NCBI RefSeq assembly: GCF_030684315.1
Contig: NC_081360.1
Coordinates: forward strand, 51,159,424 to 51,223,423
From: Stegostoma tigrinum
Lineage: Eukaryota
Reading direction: 5' to 3'
DNA: 64,000 bases
Shown: in pieces, positions 25,320-37,880 of the stretch
Position numbering within the stretch: position 1 is the stretch's first letter
How the letters are laid out: every line of letters starts with the position of its first letter
Notes under the pieces: generated by a model
The model's database searches: none
What the model was told of the DNA's origin: nothing
What the model saw: only the letters and a program-made list of their open reading frames with translations
Position numbers and translations under genes: made by a program

Positions 25320-28140
25320 GAGACAAAAAAAAACTGCAGATACTGGAATCCAAGGTAGACAAAAGGGAGACTGGAACAACACAGCAGGCCAGGCAGCATC
25401 TGGAGGAAAGGAGCAGACAATGTTTTGGACTTTACCCTTCTTCAGGACTGGATGTGGGGTAGGAAAAGGTGCAGATAAAAGTGGCAGGGAGGGGTGGATG
25501 CAGAATGGTGGCGATAGGTGCACACTTGTGGGAGGTATGACCAGGTTAGTCAGTGGAGGGATGTATCCAGTTGGTGGCTGGAAGGGAGGGTCAGAAGGTG
25601 GAATGGAAGGTAGGAGTTGGGGCTGTAAGGGGAGGTGGGGAATGGGTGGCAAGGTTATTTGAAATTGGAGAACTCAAAGTTGAGTCCTCCAGGCTGTAGG
25701 CTGCCCATGCAGAAGATAAGGTGCAGTTCTTCAAATTTGCACTCTGAGTTGCTGTGACACTGGAGGAGGCCAAGGATGGATATGTTGGCAGGGGAATGGG
25801 GCGGGGAGTTGATATAGGTGGTAATCGGGAGGTTAGGTTGATGGTCATGGGCCAGGTGAAGGTGCTGGACGAAATGGTCAGCTAGTCTCCCTTTGGTCTC
25901 ACTGACATAGAGGAGACCACATTGGGAGCACGGGATGTAGTAGACTAAGTTGGAGGAGGTGCAAATGAAGCTCTGCCTCACTTGGAAGTACTGTTTAGGA
26001 CCTTGGATGGAGGTGGGGGAGGTGGTGTTTGGGCAGGTGTTGCATCTTTTACGGTTACAAGGGAAGGTACCAGGTGGGTTATAGTGGTTGGTGGGGAGTG
26101 TGATGTGACCTAAGGAGTTGTGAAGGGAATGGCCCTTGTGGAAGGCAGAGAGGGGTGGGGAGTGAAAGATATCCTGGTTGGTGGGGCCAAATTAGAGTTG
26201 GATGAAGTGTTTGAGGATGATACATTGGATGTGGAGGCTGGTGGAGTGGAAAATGAGGATAAGGGGACCCTATTTTTATTATGTTTGGAAGTGGGGTGGT
26301 GGATAAGGGCTGTGGAGCAGGGAATGGAAGAGCACAGTGGAGGGCTGTCTGAATGACAGAATAGGGGGAAAGAGTGTTGTTTGAAAAAGCCAGACGTCCA
26401 GGATACTTGGGAGTCGAATGTTTCCTTGTCTGAGCCGATGAAACAGAGACAGAGGAGTTGGGAAAACAGGATGGAGTTTTTGCAGGATACAGGGTTGGGG
26501 AAGATGTAGTCTAGGTAACTGTGGGAGTGTTTGCGTTTATAGTAAATGTTGGTACATATGCTGTCACTAGAAATGGAAATGTAGAGGTCAAGACAGGGCA
26601 GGGGAGTGTCTGAGATAGACCAAGTGAATTTCAGGGCAGAGTGGAAGTTGTTAACAAAGCCGATGAACTGCTCCAGTTCAGCCTGGGTGCAGGATGCAGC
26701 ACTGATACAGTCATCGATATAACGGTAGAAGAGTTGGGGAACAGTCCCAGTGTATGTACTTAAGAGGGACTGTTTGACATAACCGATAAACAGGCAGTCA
26801 TAGCTAAAGCCAATCTGAGTGCCATGGCAACTCACCACGTTTGGGGAATGTCGGAAGAATTGAAGGAGAAGTTATTGAGGGTGAGGACTAGCTTGATGAA
26901 GCGGAGCTGAGTTTTGGTTGGGAGGTGACTGGATGGGTCTGGTGTAGAGGAAATACTGAGGGCCTGTGGGCTATCCTTGTGGGGTATAGATGTGTATTGG
27001 CATTCAACGTCCATAGTAAAGATGAAGCACTGGGGCCCAGAGAACTTGAAGTTGCCAAAGAGATAGAGAGCTTGGTTTGTGTCCTGGATGTAGCTGGGGA
27101 GTTCTTGAACCAAGGGGGAGAAAATGGAGTCGAGTTAGGAAGAGATGAGTTTGGTCGGGCTGGAGCAAGTGGAGAAATTAGTTTGGCCGGGGTGATTGAG
27201 CTTGTGGAAATGGGGGAGCAGGTAGAATCAGGCAGTGCAGGGCTGGCGTTGTGTAAGGTTGGAGGCAGTGGAGGGGAGGTCATCGGAAGCGATGAGGTCA
27301 TGTACAGTGTGGGAAACGGTGGCTTGATGGGTCATGGTCAAGGAGGAGGTAGGAGAGTTGGCATTTGGCCCCTGCAATACAGAGGTCTGTCCTATAGACT
27401 ACCACTGCCCTACATTTGTCGGTGGGTTTGATAGCGAAGCTGGGATTGGTGCAGAGAGAGTGCAGCGCTGTATGTTCGGAGGGGGAAGAGGATGGAGTGG
27501 GTGAGGGGTGTGGAGAAATCGAGGCAGTCAATATTGCAGTTAGCAATGAAGAGGTGCAGTGCGGGTAAGAGGCTGGCAGAGAGTGTCCAAGAGGCGGAGG
27601 AAGGTTGGAGGTGGGAGAAGGGGTACCCAGAGAGTGGTTGGGAATTTTTACCAAAGAAGAAGGCTTGGAAGTAAAGGTGGTAGAAGAAGAGCTACACGTC
27701 AAGGTGGGAATGGAACTCGTTGAGGTGGGGTGGAGGGGCACAAGTGTGAGCACTTTACAGAGGACAGACTGTTTGGCTTTAGAGAGTTCAAGGTCCGGGG
27801 AAATGGTGAATATGCATCAAGGTTCATGTGTGGAGTTTTGGGAGCTCTTGAGGAGGCTGAAGAAGGGGAGGAGGGATGAGCAACAGCATGTGATGGTTGA
27901 GGGTTGGACATGGTGTGATTGGCGTGAGTGATTGTGAGAGGGAAAGGAAGGTGGGAGAGTAGTGGACTGTGGAATAGGATGGAGGATTGGATTGGGGAAG
28001 GGATGTAGGAGAGGTGAGGTAGAGAGGAGGGAGGAGAGGTGGAGGCGTAGGGTGTATTGTGGGGGTGGACAGATGAAGAGGGAAAGGTGTACTCCCTAGC
28101 TCAAATATGTTTGGTGTTTTGCAACAGGGCAACGTAGGGT
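25320..28140 (-). mobile_element. Penelope-like element (RT, GIY-YIG, 3' terminus)
   Basis: minus ORFs with YRYIDDC, FIFTMDV, VYYIPCSQCGLLYVSETK; terminus near 25320-25445. Confidence 0.85.
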
Positions 28141-29884
28141 ATAAGAGAGCCATAGTGCACAGTTAATGAAAGGGTTGAAGTCTGAGCTCAATTGCCAGGC
28201 TGCCGATCCAGTTGTCTGGTTGTTGAAAGGCGTCATTTCCAAATGAACTTCTAGCACATAATGCTACTTACCATCCAAAACCTGCCCAAGGTTGAAATCA
28301 GGGTCTCTGTTTGAATCAGAATTTTAAATAATTTTTCTTTTGAACCAACAACATAGATAGGAAGTGGTTATGCTTAGATTGTTTGAGGAGTTTGGCATCT
28401 AATTGAAGAGCAGAACCTCGAAGACAATAATGTCTGAATGGCTAGCTGAGCCATGTCCATATTGGCAAAGGACACAAAAGATTAGTGAAATGTGTGCATG
28501 GCATAAGGAGTGGTGTGGGAGAAGTCTGTTTTGGTTTGTGGGGCATTGGTATCAATACTAGGGAAAATCAGAGCTGTGCCGTTGGAGCGGTCGCGCTGAA
28601 CTGTGCTCGGATCAGTGTTCTACTAATTCCTTTGGTAGGGAAGTACAAGGGCTTTTAAACTAAATTTGAGAATAAGGAATCAGGATAGGTAGATGTTGAA
28701 AATCATGGAGTAGAATCAAGGCAGCAGAGCATGGGAAATCAAGGTCAGAAAATGGCAGGAAAGAATGCAAAGAATATGCCTAAGAAGACACTGACGGTCA
28801 AAGCCAGGTGTTCCAAAGTTAAGAAGCCAAAACCAGAGTTCTGTATGTAGGATACCTAACAAAGTAAACAAATTGAAATAAATAAACATAGTTTGATAGC
28901 ATTTACATATCTGTAGCTGCATGCTGACAATGATTGGAACGTGAACACTGAGGGGTATGTGACATTCAAGATGAACAGGGGTGAAGGTGGAGGAATAGTC
29001 CTGTTAATCAAGCATGATATTGATGCAATATTTAGAGATGATGCTCGTCTAGGAGATCAAGATGAAGGATTGGTTTGGGTGCAGATGAGAATTAGTAGGA
29101 GATATAGGTCACTTGTGAGAGTGGTCTATAGACCTTCTAACTGTGACCACAATTTAGGAAGAAGCACTCAAAATGAAATATTGTGTACTTTTGATAAAAA
29201 GACCGTGATAATCATAGATGATAGTAATCTACATATGAACTAGAAAAAGTGACAATGATAAAGTGATAAGCAATGGTAACCTGGATGAGGCATTCAGAAT
29301 GCTATTGAGGTGGGTTTTTTAAAGTAGTGTGTCTGGAACCAACAAGACAGCAGGTTCCACTCGATTTTATATTGTGTAATGTGACAGGATGAATGAATAA
29401 CCTCAGAGTATTGGCAATCCTAATATGATTGAACCTTATGTCCAATTTGAAAAGGAGAAGAATGAGTGTAAGACTAGTATATTGAACTTGGAAGAAACCC
29501 AAATCTGTGGGCATGAAAGCTGAGTTATAACTGAATTGACCTGATATACTAAGCTAGGGGATTGTTCAGTAGGGAAGAGCTGACATTTAAGGCAATCGTA
29601 CTGAATACTCAGAATATGTATATTCCCACTGCAAAGAAAAATTCCAAGGAGAGGGACCACCAGGTGTTGTTAAGTAAAGTATCAGTCTAAAGGAAAATGT
29701 GTATAACAGTCCACAGGTGAGTTGTGGATCAGGCAATTAGACAGATTATAAGGAACAGCAGAGAATAACTCAAAGGTTATTAGGAAAAAAAAACTGACTG
29801 TATGACAGGAAGTTAGCTGGAATGTAAAAATGAATAACAATATTTCCTACTGATATTAAAAAGGAAAATAATGAATAAAATGTG

Positions 29885-30105
29885 ATAATGGGATCTGCAG
29901 ATGCTGGAGAATCCAAGCTAATAAAATGTGAGGCTGGATGAACACAGCAGGCCCAGCAGCATCTCAGGAGCACAGAAGCTGACGTTTCGGGCCTAGACCC
30001 TTCATCAGAGAGCGAATGAATGAAGGGTCTAGGCCCGAAACATCAGCTTCTGTGCTCCTGAGATGCTGCTGGGCCTGTTGTGTTCATCCAGCCTCACATT
30101 TTATT
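29885..30105. mobile_element. Miniature palindromic PLE-terminus insertion nested in the CR1
   Basis: 17-bp TSD ataatgaataaaatgtg at 29868-29884 and 30106-30122. Confidence 0.9.
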
Positions 30106-31488
30106 ATAATGAATAAAATGTGTTGGTTCTCTTGAGAGTGGGAATGGGGATTTAATAGCAGATGATAAAATGGCAGATGAAATGAATAAATCTTTTGTTT
30201 CTATCTTCATTATAGAGCAGAGAAATGACTTTTCAGTAGTAGCTGTAGTCAAGAGTTGGAAACGAGAGAGGAATTTGGTGCAATTACACTCACGAGGGAA
30301 GTGATACTGAGCTAACTGTTAGAACTGTGGGCTGACAAGTGTTCGAGTTCTGGAGGAATTCATCCTAGGATTTTAAAAGAGATGGCAAATGAGGTAGTGG
30401 ACACACTGGTATTAATTTTCCAATATATATTAGATTCTGGAAGGATCCCATCAGACAAGTTGTATAACTTGTCAATCAAGAAAGGAAGGAGGCAGAAAAC
30501 AGGAAACTATATGTCAGTTAACTTGACATCTGTTGTCGGGAAGGTGATTGAATCAATTATTGAGGATGTCATTGCTGAGCACTGAGAAAAACTCAAGGAG
30601 GAAGAGTCAAATTAGAAAATAGAAAAGCTCTGTGGGTAAAGGGGAGTCTGTAGATGTACTGTAGTTAGATTTCAAAAAGGCACAATGTGCCTCATAAAAA
30701 GTATTGTCAAAATAGTAGCTCATGGCATGGGAGTAATGTACGAGCGTCGATTAGAGCCTGACCAATTGATAGAAAACAGTGAGTATGCTTAACTGTGTTG
30801 TTTTCTGATTGGTAGGATGTGAAGAGTGGAGTCCCGCAGGGACCTTCAGAGTTTTACAATTTGTCTTAATTACTTGGATAAGGAAAGGAAGGTATGGTAA
30901 CTAAATTTACAGATGGCAGAATAATAGTTAGGAAGGTATGTTGTGAAGAGGAAATATGGGGGTTATAGGTGGATATGAATAGGCTGGGAGCGAGGACAAA
31001 ATCTTGTAGATGAATATAATGTGGGAAAATGAGAAATTGTTCACTTTGGCAGGAAGAAGTAAAAAACACTTATTTAAATGAGAACGACTGTGGAATTCCC
31101 ATGTATGGAAGGATTTAGATGTTCTGGTGCATGAGTCACAAAAAGTTAGTTTGTAGGTGCAGAAGTGATTAAGAAGTCTGGTAGAATGCTGTCTTTTATT
31201 GGGAAGTATTGAACACAAAAGTAAGGGTATTATGCTTCAGTTATGCATGGCAATGATTAGAACACATTTCAAATGCTGTGTGCAGTTTTGTCTCCTTACG
31301 TATGGAAATAAATCCATGTGTTAGAAGAAGCTCAGAAGAAGTTTATTTGAATCGTGAATGAGCAAGTTGTCTTTAGCCAGAAAGGTTGGACACCATGTGC
31401 TTGTTTCCATTGGAATTAAAAAGAGTAAGGGGTGGCTTATTTGAAGTTTATAAGTAATGGAATCAAAGGTTAATGTTGGTTTTGGGAA

Positions 31489-31707
31489 TGAAATGACTGT
31501 ACAGAGACTTGCATCCCAACACCAAGTCACCAGTTATTTACTTGTACACAGGCTGTAGCCAGCCAGCTCAGAGTCAGTCCCCTGAACTGAGGAGATTCTA
31601 CATCTCCTGCTTATATTGGCCAGCCAGGGCTGTTCTGATTGGAACAGGTTAACAACCTCATTCAAGGTCTCATAGTCAAAAAGATCTAGCTGGTTCCAAT
31701 CACTACA
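31489..31707 (-). mobile_element. Solo LTR (219 bp) nested in the CR1
   Basis: TG...CA ends, 4-bp TSD ggaa on both sides, minus-strand CCAAT, aatataa and aaataa motifs in order. Confidence 0.7.
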
Positions 31708-32804
31708 GGAAATGTGGAACTTGAAACACAAAAAAACCAACCATGATGGTATTGAATGGCAGAACCAGCTCAAGGATTGAATGGTCTATTTATGCTCCTA
31801 ATTCATATTTTCATTTTTTTTGTTTAATATTTATGATTTTGGTACACATCAAAATTCAATAAGCCAATACTGGACAAGTAGATCACTTGCCTCCTTTGAC
31901 ATCTTTGCCCAGCCCTGTGCCCGGTATAATCCAAGGATTGTCAGGCCATGAAGTTGCTATCTAGTAATGAGTAAAATTAGATCAACTAATGAATATTCAT
32001 TGAATATTAATCATAATTCATACTGGGAACAGAAATGTTGTTCAGTATAAAATGTATTCAAAATTATTTCCCTTTGTAGTGACACAGCTTGCGGCACAAT
32101 TAGGCATATTTCTGTTCATATTGTACGTTAAAGATTAAGTTATGTTCTTCATATTCCATTTTAAGGATTGCGATGGATCCTGGAAATTGGGTAATTTAAA
32201 AAATGAAGGAATGCAGATTGGAAGAAATCTAAGGGTGCATGTCAATCAGGAATTTGTAATGAACTACATGTGCAACTTTAGTAAAGCACATTCAAGGGTC
32301 GCCTTGATCATCCATGAACACTCACTATCAAAGATTATAAATGTGACTCAATTTTAATTTAAAGAATAAACCATAACAAGTCACCTTCAAGATTGAGACC
32401 ATTGCTTGGAAATCGTTTTTAAAAGCATTTGTAGTATGTTTCCTTTTTCATGTGTTAAAATAGTTTGATGTGTTTTTACCCAGCAATAAAATTGGTAATT
32501 CTTATTGTAGGAAAAAAATAGGATATGCTGGTCGCTTGTACATTAACACTGTTTAATTCAGATGTTACTCAGGTAGAAATGGTTGGTCAAAGAGTACTAG
32601 AAGGAAAGAATGCTGCTCTTCATATTGTGATAAAGAAAAGTTAAGATAAGAAAGCCCATTATGCTTCTGTATGACGACCTTCAGTTCCACTTCTAGAACG
32701 TATTAGTTTGCATAATTGTTTAAATATTCATTGTTATTACCTTTCCTTTTCTCTATTAAACAGGTCATAGGTTCGTTGATTTCAGGTGCTGCAGTTTTAA
32801 TTCC

Positions 32805-33850
32805 ATAGAAACATAGAAAATAGGAGCAGTAGGAAGTCCTTTGGCCCTGTAAGCCTATTCAACCATTCATTGTACTCTTTGCTGATCTTCCAAATCAATA
32901 GCTTTTTCCCACTTTTCACGCATATTCTTTGATCCCAGCAGTCCCAAGTGCAATATCCAACTCCTTCTTAGACTCATACAGTATTTTGGCCTTGACAGCT
33001 TTCTGTAAAAGCAAATCCCACAGGCTCATCACTCTCTAGGCAAAAGAACTTTTTTTTCATCTCAGCCCTAAATGGTCTACCTTGCATCTTTAGACTTTGA
33101 CCCCAGGTTCTGAATTACCTCATCATCAGGAACATGTTTGAATTTTATAGATTTCTGTGAGGCCTCCCCCCATTTTGCTGAACTCCAGCAAATATAAACC
33201 TGGCAGATTCAACCTCTCCTGCCAATGTCAGTCCTGCCATCCAATGAATCAGTCTGGTAAACCTTCACTGCACTCTCTCTATAGCAAGAACGTCCTTAGT
33301 CAGATAAGGAGAAAAAATCTGCATACAATATTCCAGCTGACATCTCACCAAAGACCTATATAATTGCAGCAAGGCATCTCTGCTTATACTTGAATCCTTT
33401 CACTATGAAGGCCAACATAGCATTTGTTCTCTTCACCACTTGCTGCACCTGCATGCTTACCTTCAGTGACTGGTGTACGAAGATAGCCAGATCGCATTGC
33501 TCACTCCCATCTCTTATTCAAATAATAATTTCCTTTCCTGGTTTTGCTCCCAAAGTGGATAACCTCACATTTACCTTCATTATACTGCAGCTGCTGTGCA
33601 TTTGCCCATTCATTCAGACTGATCAAATCACACTACAGCATCACTGCCTCCTCCTGACAGCTCACCCTTCCACTCAACTTTGTGTCGTCTGCAAATTTGG
33701 AGACGTTATCTTTATCATCAACGTATTGTGAGTAACTGGATTCCATGCACTGATCTCTGTGGTACCCTACCAGTCGCTGCCTGATCCTTGGAAAAATACC
33801 CTATATTTCTGCTTTTTGTTTCCTGTCTGTCAACGAGTTTTCTATCAGTA
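32805..33850 (-). mobile_element. CR1 LINE 3' portion
   Basis: catagaaacatagaaaataggagcag tail; minus-strand KFADDTK motif near 33680. Confidence 0.8.
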
Positions 33851-35094
33851 AATAATGGTAAAATAAGAATTGAGATTAAATGTTTCAGTAAAACAACATT
33901 ATGATGTTCATACTTGAACTGAATGACTGAACGATATGAGTTAGATTTTTGAAATGCACAGAGTCTGAACTATTGAATTATTGGGCTGTGTTGAATTAAG
34001 AAAACAAAAACAACATGTTCATGGCAGGAAAAGGAATTCTGTGTCACACACAAACATACGAGCGGTAGTCATGGGCTGGGAGAGAACTGTAAAATGGATC
34101 ATGCTGGTTAATATATTTGCTGAGCAGAGCTTAACCCTCAGTGAATTGGCCTCATGCCCAATGCTTTATTCTCAAACCTGCTCAATTTTGAATTGTGTTC
34201 ATGCAGAGATTATTTTAGTATTAACTACAAGATGGAGGCCATTATTTATGCTTTAATTTGAAAAAAACCTTACATGCTTGCATATTTGACTTGGTGGGAA
34301 TTGTCAGGATTCATCTTGTTCATTTAAAATTAGAGTGCAAATGTGTTTAGTTACTCTGATGATTTGCTTTCTAAGATACAAATTATTTACTGCACTTGTG
34401 TCACAATGAATAACGGTGACTTGTAGTATCAGATTAATGTACCCAAGACATCACTACACTTCACAGGCACTTAAGAGGTAGAGAATGAAAGGTGGAAGCA
34501 TCCAATCTTCCACCTTGAAGCAGGGTAAATTCTGGCTCTATTGTTTGCCATGTAGAATGTAAGTGGGAGCTCATACTCAGGTTGAAGAGGGCAGATTTAT
34601 GAGAATTTAAAGGTGGCTGGATGATTCACCTAGTTTGGGCTATATGTAAGAGATGTTTGATGTAGCCTTCATGATGAAAGTTGGTTCTGGGATTGGAAGT
34701 TACCTGGTTCGGAAAGTAACAGTATGCATGCCATTGGGAGCAGAGAACAAATTTGGACTGTCCCCAAAGTGTCAATTTAAGGGACAACATAACATCCAGG
34801 TGTAGCAGGAGATATTTAGTGTTCTAAGCTAAATGATTTTTTTTGTAGTTTAGAGTATACATTGCCTACTCAACAGTGTTTATTAAGTAAAGATAAGAAG
34901 GTGCAGAGCTGGATGAACACACAGGCGAAGCAGCATCAGAGGAGCAATTAAATGTTACTTTTGATTTGCTTAATACAATGAAAAAGCCTTCAAAATACAA
35001 ATCTTTTTGTGTGATCTTTTCAGTCGGTCACCAATAATTCAAATCTCTTTTGTTTAAAGTTATTGGTCTCCATGGGAACCAATCAAAGTAATTT

Positions 35095-35280
35095 AAAGTA
35101 AAAGTAAATTACCATAGTCCTACCAGATCAGAGGGCTGCTCTTCCATTAGAGAGAGACAACTGGTGGTGGTTTAACCTGAGAGTCACCGTGTCTCAGACA
35201 AGGGAAATTGAACCCATGCTGTTGGCATTATCTCTGTATTGCAAACCAGCTATCCAGCCAGCTGAGTTAACCAATCCCAC
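35095..35280 (-). mobile_element. tRNA-derived SINE fragment
   Basis: minus strand ggttaactcagctggctggatagctgg and gggttcaattt (A/B-box-like), short simple-repeat tail. Confidence 0.55.
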
Positions 35281-35709
35281 AAGTACCACAACATTATTGG
35301 CTCAGAATTATCTTCTATGCAGTACGACTGTATTTGCTTCTTGCACATCTACAATTATTTGAGCAAGATGCTTGAGTGTTATGAATGTGACAGTTCCAAC
35401 ATGTACCAACTCCTATCAATTCACAATGTTGGACACCCCTATACATGGGCAGCCGTCTACGTAGGGGCAGTTGTGTGAGACAGTTAATGTCCCCACGATC
35501 AATGATGTACTTTGGTTCTTGTGCACAAAACAGGTATTATAGGTTGAATTCAAACTCTCCAGACCCTAGTGGTATCACCAGTGATGAAAGCTATCCCTTT
35601 CAGATGTCTACCTGTGAGCAAGAAAATGGCTCTAGTGCGAGATGTGCAAGTAGTCTAGCGAGGTGTATATTGCATTGTAGTCAAAAGGTAAATGTTGCTT
35701 GTACCTTCT

Positions 35710-36050
35710 TTAAATTCATTCATGCAGTGGAGGCCAGTATTTATTCTCCATTGCTGATTACCCAGAGGGCAATTAAAATTGGACCAGATTGCTGTTGATC
35801 TGGAGTCGTATATAGGCCAGACCAGGTAAGAAAGGCAGTTTCCTCCCCTAAAGGAGGGGGACCTAAAGACATCAGGGAATCAGATGGGTTTTTCCTGACA
35901 ATCAATTCACATCATTGTTAGACTCTTAATTCCAGATTTTCAGTCAAATTCAATTTCCACCATCTGCCTTGGCATGATTCGAACCTCAGAATATTACCTG
36001 GGTCTCTGGATTAATTGTCCGCTGATAATACCACTAGGCCGTTGCCCCCT
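35710..36050 (-). mobile_element. tRNA-derived SINE (same family as 39601-39976 and 63305-63660)
   Basis: shared core ggccagaccaggtaag...ttagactcttaattccagattttt. Confidence 0.75.
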
Positions 36051-36486
36051 CTGTGTTCTGAGGGGAAACTGTTGAGAATTGTGCTTTATAAGAAGGAGGT
36101 TTAGTGTAGTATAGTGTTGTTATGAGAGAAGATTCATTTGCAATTGAGGAAGGAAGATTTCTTGTTCTGAAGAAATGTGTATTGTGTAGAGTGAATTTGT
36201 GTGCTTTGGCAAAGCATCATCCTAAGATAATGAAATGGGTCAGCATAATTCTGTCCTTTCTCACCTCAATAAAGTTATTGAACATTTTCTTTGCACCTGG
36301 CCTATGACATGCTACTGACATTTACATTCTCAGCTATTTCTTAACAAGCCTATGTAGGCACCTGTCTGCTCAATCAAGACTTATAGCATAACATGCAAAA
36401 AACACAGTGCCGCCTCAGCAGATCATTCTTATCAAAATATCTAAATTTATGCCAGTAATAAGTAAGAAATCAAAAAACATTGTTAC

Positions 36487-36702
36487 AGAGATAGTAGGAA
36501 CTGCCGATGCTGGAGAATCTGAGATAACATGGTGTGAAGCTGGATGAACACAGCAGCCCAAGCAGCATCAGAGGAGCAGGAAAGTTGATGTTTCGGGTAG
36601 AGACCCTCCTTCAGAAAAATGAAAAAGGGTCTCAACCCGAAACATCAACTTTCCTGCTCCTCTGATGCTGCTTAGCCTGCTGTGTTCATCTAGCTTTACA
36701 CT
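36487..36702. mobile_element. Miniature palindromic PLE-terminus insertion
   Basis: inverted termini around gacccT..aagggtc; flanking duplication is degenerate. Confidence 0.8.
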
Positions 36703-37233
36703 AAATTTAAAAAAATCTTTGTTTAACAAGAGACCTTAATTTGAACCTAGGCCAGTAGAAACTGGTTCCCCCTAAATTGCCAGAAATACGTAGGCACCTT
36801 GACAGTGCAATTCAAATCAAGCCAGCCCATCAAAATATTCTGGATCTCCTGCTGGTGCCATAGGTGCGTGACGTTTTGGGGATAGAGTAGGGGCTGCATG
36901 ATGGTGGATACCACCTACTTGATGCACTCTAAGTAATAATCTCTCCAACTCAGATAATACGTATTATCTTGCATTAGTGTTGTCACTTTGAAGTAACCAA
37001 AGTTTCTTAAACTTCAAAACTTAATCTGAAAATTGAGTACAGCAGCAAATATACTATGGAAATTTCACAGGAATTGTTGGTCTTTAATGGCCTTCACTAA
37101 TTTACTTCAATATGAAGAAAATCACGTTTTTGAGGGCCGCTAGCCACCCAATTGCTGTGCAGCTCTCCTTGTCTCAGCAGTGTCAATGTGAGTGAGTACG
37201 GTGCAGATCAGACACCATAACCAGGAACAAGGT

Positions 37234-37788
37234 TGCTTTGGATCTCAGCGTGTATCAGATTCAGGTAAATATAATTAAGAGAAGACTCCACCGCAGTAAT
37301 TTGCTGAAATATGCATTTTTATTAAGTAACAATGATGATTATAGAGATAATAATAAATGGAAGAGAAAAGGAAAAAAAGCAAGTCTCATGCACTTCTAGA
37401 AAAAACAAGTCTCATGCCTTCCTACCCATTGGAGGTCCCTCGATTGACGGCTGGTCTGGAGGCTAAAGATGTTCCTGGCACTGTTCAAGATTGCGAACTG
37501 AAGAGAAGTCCCAAGCTTTGCAACAAAACTCTCTCTCTCTCTCTCATATAGTGTGGCAAACAGCCAGCATAAAGAAAGCAGATACAGAAAACAAACCATA
37601 GCTGTGGAAAAACCAGTTGCAAGTGCCACCTTTGGCCCATAAAGGAATGTTAACAAGACTCATCCAAGGTCGTGCAGCTTGTTGAGAATAATCAACAATT
37701 TTAGCTGTTCAGCCCATCCTATATAATTTATCTTCCCATGCAGCTGTCAAAAATCATTAACTTTTAGCTGTTTAGCCCATCCTATACA
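37234..37788 (-). repeat. 3' LTR of the provirus
   Basis: TG...CA ends; minus-strand TATA-like motif at about 37546-37550 and AATAAA at 37318-37323; collinear with 44121-44711; preceded by PPT-like gggttgaaa. Confidence 0.82.
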
Positions 37789-37880
37789 TTTCAACCCAAT
37801 TATATCAGACACCGCGTGTTGCAATTGCAAATGCAGATGCAAATCAGCGACCGCCATGCAAGAAGAGTATGTTTCCTGCT

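Larger units (their letters stand above)
28430..31810 (+). mobile_element. Long decayed CR1 LINE (ORF1 esterase end, APE endonuclease, RT, 3' tail)
   Basis: VVYRPSN and IIIDDSNLH (EN), GNYMSVNLTSVVGK (RT), tail ccatgatggtattgaatggcag. Confidence 0.82.

Noticed and set aside
10520-30105. Dispersed palindromes as MITEs or a CRISPR-like array
   Set aside because: The arms match PLE 3' termini, junctions and TSD lengths vary, there is no regular spacing, and the DNA is vertebrate.
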